This document shows, in pieces, positions 25,130 through 35,063 of a stretch of 64,000 nucleotides of DNA. Position numbers and translations under genes: made by a program. The stretch covers positions 157,401-221,400 of the forward strand of contig JAQGDQ010000386.1 in the NCBI GenBank assembly GCA_030141605.1, given 5' to 3'. The stretch is from Tubiluchus corallicola (Eukaryota; Animalia; Priapulida). The notes under the pieces are model-generated. The model had not been told where the DNA came from and did no database searches. It was given only the letters and a program-made list of their open reading frames with translations. Position 1 is the first letter of the stretch. Every line of letters starts with the position of its first letter.

Positions 25130-26275
25130 TTAAAAAAACGAAACTGCAGAGAAGAGTAAAGAGAGGAAAACTGCACTTGTTGCCAACATTTTTTCAGTCG
25201 AGCTGCGTGCCTTTCTCTCCTCGCACATGTAATAATACTCATCAGAGCCATGGTAAGTATCACGACAATCATTTTTGTCATCACAGACTTTGCTTTCGGG
25301 GATGCATTTTTTATTCAGGCATCGAAATGTTCTCGGTGTGACGCATGGTTTACAATTTGGCCCTTCATCTGTTCCATCATTGCAGTCGGTAATATTGTCG
25401 CACAATCTCTCAGCCGACACGCAGCGTCGTTCGTCGCACAGCTTTGCACGGCGACGACAATCAGTGCAGTTGTTTTCGTCGCTGCCATCGTCGCAGTCGA
25501 CTGTCCCGTCACAGAACTGTCGAGCCTTGATGCATTGACCATCTGCACATGGAGATTTCAGCGGTCCACAAGGCGGGCATTGCTTGACCAATTCGTCACT
25601 TCCATCATCGCATTGTTCCAAACCGTCGCAAACTTCAAATTTAAAAATGCACTGCTTATTGTCACAAAGAAAACCAGTTAGTCCCTTACACTCAGTGCAG
25701 TTTTGCTCATCTGTCCCGTCTTTACAATCGACATAGCCATTGCACCGGTGTCGAGAATCCAAACATTTGTGTTTTTCGCAAAGAAAAGCAGTTTCATCAA
25801 AGCATCTGTGCACGCAATCTTCCTCTTCATCATCTCCGTTAGGACAATCTGCCCTCCCATCACAGTAGAACAAGTCGTTGATGCACATTGAACTGTCCTT
25901 GCACTTGTACGGTTTGTATCCTGGATAACGAATAGGACAAACAGTGCAGTTACTTTCATCTGTTTTATCCTCGCAGTTAAAGAAACCGTCACACAACCAC
26001 TCTCTCGGGATGCACTTGTTGTCACAGTGAAATGCGTGATCACCTTGACATGCTGAGCAATCTTCTTCGTCAGAATAATCACCTGGCTCACACATGTGAT
26101 GACCATCGCACAGATATCTATCAGATATACATCTCCCACCCCTACATTGAACACCCCATAATGGTGGATCATACTCTTCCATCAGGCATGGTTCCAGTGC
26201 ACAGACACAGCCTATGGCAGCTGCGGCAACCAAAAGACCAAAAATAATTCTAGGACGAAAACTCCAGTGCGGCAT
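25130..26275 (-). CDS. Secreted/GPI-type protein of 8 LDL-receptor class A repeats, divergent copy 1 (start MPHWSF...)
   Basis: Signal peptide, eight six-Cys LDLa modules with acidic DCxDGxDE motifs, then RKAR-SS and a hydrophobic C-terminus. A pyrimidine-rich acceptor (TTTTCTTTTGTAG) 7 nt above the ATG at 26275 makes the longer ORF-track start at 26377 unlikely. Confidence 0.9.
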   Translation of the reverse strand: MPHWSFRPRIIFGLLVAAAAIGCVCALEPCLMEEYDPPLWGVQCRGGRCISDRYLCDGHHMCEPGDYSDEEDCSACQGDHAFHCDNKCIPREWLCDGFFNCEDKTDESNCTVCPIRYPGYKPYKCKDSSMCINDLFYCDGRADCPNGDDEEEDCVHRCFDETAFLCEKHKCLDSRHRCNGYVDCKDGTDEQNCTECKGLTGFLCDNKQCIFKFEVCDGLEQCDDGSDELVKQCPPCGPLKSPCADGQCIKARQFCDGTVDCDDGSDENNCTDCRRRAKLCDERRCVSAERLCDNITDCNDGTDEGPNCKPCVTPRTFRCLNKKCIPESKVCDDKNDCRDTYHGSDEYYYMCEERKARSSTEKMLATSAVFLSLLFSAVSFF

Positions 26276-26392
26276 TCTTTTGCTACAAAAGAAAAAAAAC
26301 ACTGAGGATGGATACATGAGAGCAGGATTTTTCAGGAACGTTTTAGTTCTTACACCACTGGAAATCATTATCATCATGGCACAACAAGAAAC

Positions 26393-26890
26393 TGAGATGG
26401 GTAGAGGTTAATCAAGCAAGCTCATTGTAACCTCATATTTCGCACCCAGCTTATTCTTGAACTCGTCCACTGAAGAATCTTTAGCAATTTCAGATGCGAG
26501 TAAATTCCATTTTCTAACTACTTTTTCCATGAAAAAATGCTCTACAATTTAATTTGGCTTAAAAAAATTTAAACATTTTAATGGAGCGCCCTATAGTTCT
26601 GCCAACATTGGCCAGTCTAAACATTTTTTTTTTCAATGTCATTTAACCCATGTATAATTTTACAGTGCATTTATATCAAGTCTTCTCAACACTAATTTTG
26701 TAAGTGAAAATTTTCTAAGCCTCTCTTGATACGGCATTTTCTCCACAAGTTCAATCATGCTGGTCAACCTGCGTTGGACACCCTCTAGAAGGTTAATGTC
26801 TTTTCTATAGTGTGAATTCCATGCTTGTACATAATACTCTTATTTGGGTCTTATTAAGCTTTTGCACAATTTCATGATCATCGTAATGTC
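26393..26890 (-). mobile_element. Degenerate CR1-like LINE 3' fragment (paralogous copy about 42468-42960)
   Basis: Minus-strand remnants such as AWNSHYRKDINLLEGVQRRLT and FFMEKVVRKWNLL, broken by stops and frameshifts. Confidence 0.7.
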
Positions 26891-27365
26891 GAAATTAAAA
26901 GAGAAGTCATCAATACAGAAAGAAACACGAAAGTATGACGCCAAAACACAGTGAAATTTGATCTCACACACTATGAAGTGTTTGCTTATCTATTGATGAA
27001 GTGGAATCACAGAGTTCAATGATGTCCGACGTCACACTCTATTCCTCAGAAGTTCAAAAACAGATCTCTTTATTACCTTGTGTCAAACTACAAAAACATG
27101 CTTATTTCTCTTTATGCCTAGTCTTGGAATTGTTTACACAACTAAAACTTAAAACTAATATTACACTCAATTTGAACTCACCAACCCGTATACATATGAA
27201 TGGTAAAAACTCACATATTATATGTGCTGAAGATCTTAACCCTAACTTACAGTGATACTAACCATGAATTTTGCTATAGAGATAGTAAAAATAGAAATAG
27301 TAACAATGCCATCTTTATATATATTATTGCACTGCTACTTGTGAAATTGTACTTTATGTTATGTC

Positions 27366-30090
27366 AATTCAATTCAATTCAATTTATTTATTTATTTTAT
27401 CTCCGTTAGAATGATAAAAATACAGTATAAAGAATAAATGCAATATTTTGAAGCAAAGGAGAAGGGCAGTGAAGAACCCGTAGGTTATCAAGTCAGCCAC
27501 CCTTAAATAGTTATGATTAAATAAACTTAATTATGGCATCGTTATCAATTTAAATTTGTATTCGGTTCATGTGTGTTAATTTGGCAATTAAATGATAGGT
27601 ATCGTAATACTGTAGAACATATAGTTTAAATAACGAAAGATTTACAATTCTAAAATACTGTGAATCATGCGAAGCAAACACAATAAAAATAACTTGAGAT
27701 TTTTAAGATAACAGAAACTAAATAATCCGGCAAAAAACAAAAAACAGTAGAATGATCAACCAAAGCTGTCGAGAAAAAAATATAATAGATTAAACCAAGG
27801 AAAAACAACGCAAATATAAATCATACAAGACAAAACAAGAAACAGAAGCAAATAAGAAAAAAAACAAAACTGAAATGTTGTAATAATAACATCAATGACT
27901 GAATTTGTCGAGAAAGAAAATATAATAAATTAAACCATCGAAAAACTATTTCAACTGTAAATCAGACAAAATGAAATCAAAATATAACAAAAACTTAAAC
28001 AAAATCTTTAAGTGTCGTAGCAATGAAAAAAATATGTATAGTATTACAAGTATATAAGCAAAATGTCTCATTTATTTGTATCCTGCAATAAGTTGTTTTT
28101 TATAGTTTAGAATTAACTTTTTGTAGTTACTTGACTTTAACTGGTCTGGTAATGAATTCCACAGCAAAGATCCTTGGTGTTTTAAAGAATTCTGGCCTTT
28201 AGATGAGTTAAATCTTTCAATAAAATAAGATTGGGTTGTAGCAAACCTAGTAGAGTGGTGATGCATGTGACATGCTAAAGTATAATAATTGCTGAAGAGA
28301 TCTGGAAGTGAATTATTTTTGAATTTATGTACAAACTTGAGCAATTCTAATTTATACAGATCATATACTTTTAGTAGATTTAGTTGCAAATACAAAGGTG
28401 TTACATGTTCCCATTTGCTAGTAAATGTTATAAGTTTGATAATCTTGTTTTGTTTAGAAACCAATGATTTTAAGACCGATGCTGAAGCACTACCCCAGGC
28501 GAGAATGCCATAACTCAGATATGGCATGACAAGAGAAGAATATAAGAGCCGTAGTGCATCTACATTTATGTAGTGTCGTATTCTAGCTAATACTCCACTT
28601 AATTTGCTAATTTTGTTGACTATATGTTGAACATGTGTTTTCCAAGTAATTCTACTATCTATAAATATACCAAGATATTTGATTTCTTGTGTAGATTGAA
28701 TAGTACAACCTCCCATATTTATGTTTAAACTATTGTTATGTTGCTTGTTTCCAATTAACATATATTTTGTTTTTTTATAATTTATTGATAGCTTATTTGC
28801 TTGCATCCATTTATTAATATTGTCCAGTTCCACATTTACTGAATGTTCTAATGTTTTGATATTTTGGTGTGATAAAAATAAGTTTGTATCGTCTGCAAAC
28901 AATCTGGTGTTAAATTGCGAACAAGATGGCAGATCGTTAATATATAAAAGAAATAACAATGGCCCCAATGTAGAACCCTGTGGGACACCACAGGTTATAT
29001 CAGCAAGTTTAGAATCCGATGAGTCAATAGACGTAAACTGTTTCCTATTAGTAAGGTAAGACGTGAAAAGCGCAAGAGGACGTCCCCTGATACCATAGTA
29101 TGATAACTTATATAACAAAATGTCATGTTGTACCGTGTCGAATGCTTTAGATAAATCTAAAAATATAGCACAAGTAGTTTTCCCCTTATCAATATTCGCA
29201 AGAAAGTTTTCAATTATTTCTGACACAGCTAAAGATGCAGAGTGATTTTTTCTGAATCCAAATTGGAATTTAGTTAAAATTTGTTCTTTTAAAAGAAATT
29301 TAGCTAGCCTAGAGTAAATTAATTTTTCAAAAATCTTTGATATGGGAGATAAGAGAGATATTGGCCTATAATTAGTGGGATTAATGGGAGAATCAGATTT
29401 GTAAATCGGGATTATTTTTGCAATTTTCAACACGTCAGGATAGATACCCTCTTCTACACATTTATTGAACAGCATAGTTAATAATGGAGTAATAATGGAC
29501 TGTGAAATTTTAAAAAACTGATTTGAGATGTTTTCAGGTCCTGCTGATTTATTGGTTTTTAATGCAGCAATAGCAGAGGAAACTTCATACTCGATAATTG
29601 GCGCAAAAAAGAAGGAGTTCTGATTAGGCATTCTAAGGAAAGAATCAAATGTTATTGGAGTAGGTGGTACTTTTTTTACCATATCAGAACCAACCGATGC
29701 AAAATAATTATTCATGAATTCACAGATAGCAGGGGGTTCCGTAATCTCAGCATGATTTATTACTAGTTTAGTTGGAGTTATGCGCTGCTTGTTTTGTCCA
29801 TTGATCAAATCATTCAATGTTGCCCAAGTCTTTCTAATATTAGTTTTATTATCATGTAGTAAAGTACAATAATAATTTCTTTTGGCTAAATTTATGAGAT
29901 GATTAAGTTTATTAGAAAATTGTTTATATTGATTAATTTTTAAGGTACTAGTTGTAGTCTTACAGTCCTTGTATAATCTACTTTTAGTTTTTATTGACAC
30001 AAGAATACCTCTAGTTAACCATGGCTTGGAGAAAGTTACTTTTTCAGTTCTTGACAATGTTTTAAGTGGGGCATGTTTATTAAGTCTATA
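27366..30090 (-). mobile_element. 5'-truncated non-LTR retrotransposon of the L2/CR1 group (Crack/Daphne-like)
   Basis: RT ORF followed by a T-rich 3' UTR, a terminal GC-richer segment (about 27455-27505) and a (TAAA)n(TTGAA)n tail at 27366-27398. Confidence 0.88.
28072..30057 (-). CDS. LINE ORF2 reverse transcriptase, N-terminally truncated (no endonuclease), 661 aa uninterrupted
   Basis: KPWLT, NYRPISLL, QFGFR, FLDLSKAFDTV, GVPQGSTLGPLLFLLYINDL, LFADDT, KYLGI and LWNSLP motifs. Confidence 0.92.
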   Translation of the reverse strand: MSRTEKVTFSKPWLTRGILVSIKTKSRLYKDCKTTTSTLKINQYKQFSNKLNHLINLAKRNYYCTLLHDNKTNIRKTWATLNDLINGQNKQRITPTKLVINHAEITEPPAICEFMNNYFASVGSDMVKKVPPTPITFDSFLRMPNQNSFFFAPIIEYEVSSAIAALKTNKSAGPENISNQFFKISQSIITPLLTMLFNKCVEEGIYPDVLKIAKIIPIYKSDSPINPTNYRPISLLSPISKIFEKLIYSRLAKFLLKEQILTKFQFGFRKNHSASLAVSEIIENFLANIDKGKTTCAIFLDLSKAFDTVQHDILLYKLSYYGIRGRPLALFTSYLTNRKQFTSIDSSDSKLADITCGVPQGSTLGPLLFLLYINDLPSCSQFNTRLFADDTNLFLSHQNIKTLEHSVNVELDNINKWMQANKLSINYKKTKYMLIGNKQHNNSLNINMGGCTIQSTQEIKYLGIFIDSRITWKTHVQHIVNKISKLSGVLARIRHYINVDALRLLYSSLVMPYLSYGILAWGSASASVLKSLVSKQNKIIKLITFTSKWEHVTPLYLQLNLLKVYDLYKLELLKFVHKFKNNSLPDLFSNYYTLACHMHHHSTRFATTQSYFIERFNSSKGQNSLKHQGSLLWNSLPDQLKSSNYKKLILNYKKQLIAGYK

Positions 30091-31317
30091 CCCCGTTTAC
30101 CTGTTAGTCTTAACAACTTTGGTTTTTTTCTTTTTTCTGCTAGGTATGCATATTTATGTGTATGTGTATATGTACATGTGTATAAATGTATATGTGTGTG
30201 TATATATGTCCATATATATATGTGTGTGTGTCTATGTATATGCACATAAATAAGCGCATGTATCCAATTAGGTATATAATGCAGGTGTATGTATATGTGT
30301 GTATGTATATGTATATATATATATATGTAGCCATTAGTATTATTCATTACTATTCATTATAAATAATGTAATTTTACAGCAGATAGAGGCCTAATGACTA
30401 TCTAGATGCCTTATTGGAAACGTACCGTATTCAGTACTAACATCTACAGTACAGTAACTAACTAACAATCTTGTCACTTTTTATCATATTATCGTTTCAT
30501 GCTTTGTGTTTTTCTTGTAAAAAAGGTGATAAATAAAGATACTTACTTACACGATTGTAGGTTCCTGGGAGAGATTATTAGCAATACGGGTACTCTTTGT
30601 AAAGTGTTTTCCGCTTCTGCTGCTCTCAATCCGCGCCCATCACAACATCATGACCGGTTACTTGAGCGACCTTCGATCCTGCTAGGCTAAGCGGGCGCTT
30701 ACACTTCACACAAATTAAAAATCGATCATTGACGTAAAATTTGAAAAGATTTCAGCAACTGCACGAGAGATATCAGCTAATGAAAAAATTTCAACTATTC
30801 AGACAGAACACTTTGATACACTTTAGTCTCAAGTCTGCTCTATTCTTAAGGAGAAATTCCTGTTAAAAGATGAAGCTACCTTAATTTGTTCTTTGCTAAT
30901 CAGTTAGTTTTTCTTGCAACAAAGTACAGCTTTGATTGTAACAAGCAGGCGATTAATAAATTAGGGTGTACGATCATGCAAATATAGACAAGATTAAGCT
31001 TCTTTATAGCTTATGTTGGAGTGCTTGAAAAGGATGTTTTTCTTAATTTTCGTCAATTAAATCAGTTAAAAGTGCTTAAATAAGTAGCACGATCTGATAG
31101 TCGATATTCTCCTGAATAGAACAATATCTAATTGCGGTCGTTAAATTTTATTGATATCTGTGCTAGTAGAAAAGTCATGGGTCTTACGAGACCTAACTTG
31201 AATAGTGTGGTCCTGAAGGAGTGAATTATTAAATTTTGAAACAAAACTTTCATGAAAAATTGCAAACAGAAGACATCCTGAATTTGAACCTGGGAAGTTT
31301 AGCTAATTCGACGCCAT

Positions 31318-31788
31318 TGTAACAATATCATAGATATGGTTTGTGTAGATCAAAGATCTTGGTCATTGCTTAGGAGTGTTCGACATGCTAGACTGTCATG
31401 CTGCTCTGATCTTCTTTGTTTGAGTTCTTAATTAGTTTAATAAATATACTTTATTATACACGCATTTGTCTGGTTGCTAATATTATTGACGCGTGTAACA
31501 TGGTGTCAGAAGTGGGATAGTTGTTTTGAGTATTTATTCGGACGGCAAATTTGTAGAGAACTATGAATCAGCTAAAACCACCTAACGCACTAAACTTCGA
31601 ATCACGCAATTTGTCACAAGCATGGAAAAAATGGCGTGAAGAATTTAGCTTGTATATGGAACTTGCACTTAGTGACAAAACTGAAGAAGTGAAAAAGAAG
31701 ACTTTTGTATATTTAATCGGTGAGAGAGGTAGGGAAATCTACCCCACATTAAATAATCTGGTTGCTAATATTATTTAAGCATGTAACA
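31318..31788 (+). mobile_element. Internally deleted Gypsy-type LTR retrotransposon
   Basis: LTR TGTAACA...TGTAACA 31318-31500; PBS TGGTGTCAGAAGTGGGAT (tRNA-Leu type) 31501-31518; gag N-terminus (LKPPNALNF..NLSQAWKKWREEF..YLIGERGREIY) from 31563; last ~32 nt of the 3' LTR; GCCAT TSD; empty site at 44720-44724. Confidence 0.9.
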
Positions 31789-32624
31789 GCCATTACCAGG
31801 ATAGAAACGCATCGGTCCACAATCATAAGGTATAGCTAAGGTAGTGGCTAATAAAGACCAATATACAAGTTATTTATACAATCCAAAACATAAATCTAGT
31901 AATTAAAGACGTTATGTGTTTGTTTATTATTAATTTTTCTTGATTGTTTATCATTAAACTTGTTTACAAACAAGCTCAATTTAAGCCTATACTAAAAATT
32001 AAAATTTTTTAGTAAAAAAAGCAAGTTATATTGGTAACCATTAAATAAGCAAGGTTCTAACGATCATTACTAAAGATCAACACGCAAGGTTGCAATAATT
32101 AATCTCTGCACACTATTACGCAATCACCAGTATCTAAAATAAGAAATTTATAATACGGCACCAGTATCAACAATGAACAACTTCACTGCATTCACTATAA
32201 AATTTTTTAAATATCTAGGAAAATGTACTGCAAACTCGAAATGAAAACATACAGCTCTACGAAAAAATCAACCAACAACAGTGAGCAATAAAAATGGCTG
32301 TAAAAAGCCAAATAACTCTCTACATTTATAAAAAATAATGAATTGTAAGTATGATACATTGAATTTACATACTAAAAACATACTGAGCAATCAGAGATGA
32401 CTATGGACTGACCAAAACCTTATCTACACACGTAATAAAATTACGATATTCAAATCAACACACGTTTCAAGAAGTTGTAATCCAAACATATTAAAAGATA
32501 AAAATCGAATCTACAAAAATGTAAATCATAAAAGTATTGTAAAAATTAGAGATAAAATTAATAGTAAAAATGTTAGATCACAAAAAGAAAGAGTTATATT
32601 AATGACAATTTTGTTTAGGACATT

Positions 32625-33120
32625 AGCGATGGGCGATTAAATATGCTTAATTGGGATTACAATAATGTATAAATTGATATAATCGGCTATTGAACAACAA
32701 TTCAGTTAATTGAAATTAATCGAATGTAAAATATGTGTTACACACTGACTAAAAGGCAGAATTTTAGCACAAATAAATGGAGTTCTTGCATTTTTCTTCG
32801 TTTTTCTCACCCTACACAATGAACACAATTGCAAACCACAATGTTGCAAACCAGGGCTTCTTATTTGCTTTCAAGTGAGGCGTGTAGTTGGCATAATAAT
32901 GGAGTAGTTAATGATCGTACGCATCGAGTTTGGGAGTACGAAAATGGCAGACAGCGAACAAAGCCATGAAGAAGTTTACAGGCTATATTTCAGTGCTGCT
33001 ATGTTTGAAAAATATGGCGGCAAAAACACTAAAAAATTACCGATAAACATTAATCGTGATATCGAATTACAAGAATAAGATTGTAATCGAATTAGAAAAT
33101 TTCAAAATCGCCCATCACTA
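32625..33120. mobile_element. hAT-like MITE present in each duplication unit (also about 37848-38328 and 45555-46053)
   Basis: TIR TAGCGATGGGCGATT / AATCGCCCATCACTA. Confidence 0.65.
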
Positions 33121-33199
33121 GTCCAGAGATAACTCAGTACTTATTTCCAGGGTGGCCTTGATTATTATTATCACCTGCATGTTACTTTAATAAACATGC

Positions 33200-33312
33200 G
33201 TGCCTGGTCGAACAACCAATAGTACCAGTTTCATGTCATTAGTATGACTTAGCCGGGAGTTGAACTAGCAGCCTCCTACGTCGGAAGCGAGTTCGCTACC
33301 ACTGAGCTACAC
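33200..33312 (-). mobile_element. Degenerate tRNA-derived SINE (repeated in units B and C)
   Basis: Minus strand GTGTAGCTCAGTGGTAG (A box) ... GTTCAACTCCC (B box), followed by GTCATACTAATGACATGAAACTGGTACT, reminiscent of Meta-type SINE cores. Confidence 0.55.
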
Positions 33313-33911
33313 TACCACACTATCGTTATATAAAATTAGTTTAAAAATAACAATCGAGTTGCGTAAAATGTTAAATAAAAACAACATTCCTCAACAATTT
33401 CGCTTTATCGATTTACAATCACACATAGTTTAAAAGAGTCTGACAATGACACTATTGATACAAATTAGTATAATTACTAATTTACTATCACATGAAATTG
33501 CCATATCATGATTCACTAAATTACTACTAAATAATTATATGCGTAGATTTAACTATAAATGTGTAAGAACCAACTTCACTCCAGATTAAAATGATTCACA
33601 ATTATAAGGCGCAATAAGAACCACACAAAACGAGAGTTATTTAAATGCCAAGATAGGTTTAAGAAAGCAACAACTAGACGGCTCTCACATCACTCTAGCA
33701 TTGTCTCACAATAACTAAAAAATGATGTCCCACGTTTAAAAATTCAATGCCAAAAAAGCAACTGTTTTATGGAATCACGACGGTCCGTACAGAGAGATTA
33801 ATAGCAAATAACTCTTGACTGCTCAAAATTCACAGTGGTACAAAACACAAGTGCGCATTGCATCAGTAAAAGACGCCAAAGAACAATTCCAAAGCAATGC
33901 TCTGGTCTTGT

Positions 33912-35063
33912 CTAAGAGCTGCAACTTTGAAAGGACGTAAATGCAAAAATGAACAGAAAAAACACGAATGTATTCGCTGCCAGTGCCCTTTCAGCTGAGC
34001 TGCGTGCTCTTCTTTCCTCGCACATGTAGTAATCCTCATCTGAACCGGAGTAACTATCATGACAGTCCTTTTTGTCATCACAGACTTTGTCCTCGGAAAT
34101 GCATTTCTTATTGAGGCAACGAAATGTTCTCGGTACCATGCATGGTTTACAATTTGGCCCTTCATCTGTTCCATCATTGCAGTCGGCAATATTGTCACAC
34201 AATCTCTCAGCTGCAACACACCGTCGTTCGTCGCACAGTTTTGCACGGCCACCACAGACGGTGCAGTTGTTTTCGTCACTGCCATCGTCGCAGTCGACTG
34301 TCCCGTCACAGAACTGTTTAGTCTTGATGCATTGACCATCGGCACAGGGAGATTTCAGAGGTCCGCAAGGCGGACATTGCTTGACCAATTCGTCACTTCC
34401 ATCGTCGCATTGCTCCTCACCATCGCAAACTTCAAAGTTAAAAATGCACTGCTTATTGTCACAAAGAAAACCAGTTAGTCCCTTACACTCAGTGCAGTTT
34501 TGCTCATCTGTCCCGTCTTTACAATCGATATAGCCACTGCACCGTTTGAAAGAAGGCAGACATGTGTGTTTGTCGCAAAGAAAAGCAGTTTCGTCAACAC
34601 ATCTGTGCACGCAATTTTCCTCTTCATCATCTCCGTTAGGACAATCTACCCTCCCGTTGCAGTAGAACAAGTCGTTGATGCACATTGAACTGTCCTTGCA
34701 CTTGTACGGTTTGTAACCTGGATAACGAATAGGGCAAACAGTGCAGTTACCTTCGTCTGTTTTATCGTCACAGTTAAAGGAACCGTCACACAGCCAATCT
34801 CTCGGGATGCACTTGTTGTCACAGTGAAATGCCTGGTCACCTTGACATGCCGAGCAATCTTTTTCGTCCGAGTAATCATCACAATTATGATGACCATCAC
34901 AACGATATATATCAAATATGCATTTTCCACCTTTACATCGAACGCCTTCTAACGGCGGATCATACTCGTTCATCAAACATGGTTCCAGGGCAAACACTGA
35001 ACTGACTGCTACAGCCAAAAAACAAAGAAAGAGACTTCTAGAACGGCAACCTGCGTGCTGCAT
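33912..35063 (-). CDS. 8xLDLa secreted/GPI-type protein, copy 2 (383 aa)
   Basis: Intact ORF: signal peptide, 8 LDLa repeats, RRAR-SS, hydrophobic tail; acceptor TGTTTTAG 9 nt upstream of the ATG. Confidence 0.9.
   Translation of the reverse strand: MQHAGCRSRSLFLCFLAVAVSSVFALEPCLMNEYDPPLEGVRCKGGKCIFDIYRCDGHHNCDDYSDEKDCSACQGDQAFHCDNKCIPRDWLCDGSFNCDDKTDEGNCTVCPIRYPGYKPYKCKDSSMCINDLFYCNGRVDCPNGDDEEENCVHRCVDETAFLCDKHTCLPSFKRCSGYIDCKDGTDEQNCTECKGLTGFLCDNKQCIFNFEVCDGEEQCDDGSDELVKQCPPCGPLKSPCADGQCIKTKQFCDGTVDCDDGSDENNCTVCGGRAKLCDERRCVAAERLCDNIADCNDGTDEGPNCKPCMVPRTFRCLNKKCISEDKVCDDKKDCHDSYSGSDEDYYMCEERRARSSAERALAANTFVFFLFIFAFTSFQSCSS

Noticed and set aside
26276-26377. N-terminal extension MMIMISSG... 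of LDLa copy 1
   Set aside because: It runs through a polypyrimidine tract and AG acceptor; paralogues start at the downstream ATG, which gives a proper signal peptide.
33863-34930. Alternative-frame and antisense ORFs of 60-171 aa repeated over each LDLa gene
   Set aside because: Shadows of Cys/Asp-rich codon usage; they recur only because the DNA is duplicated.
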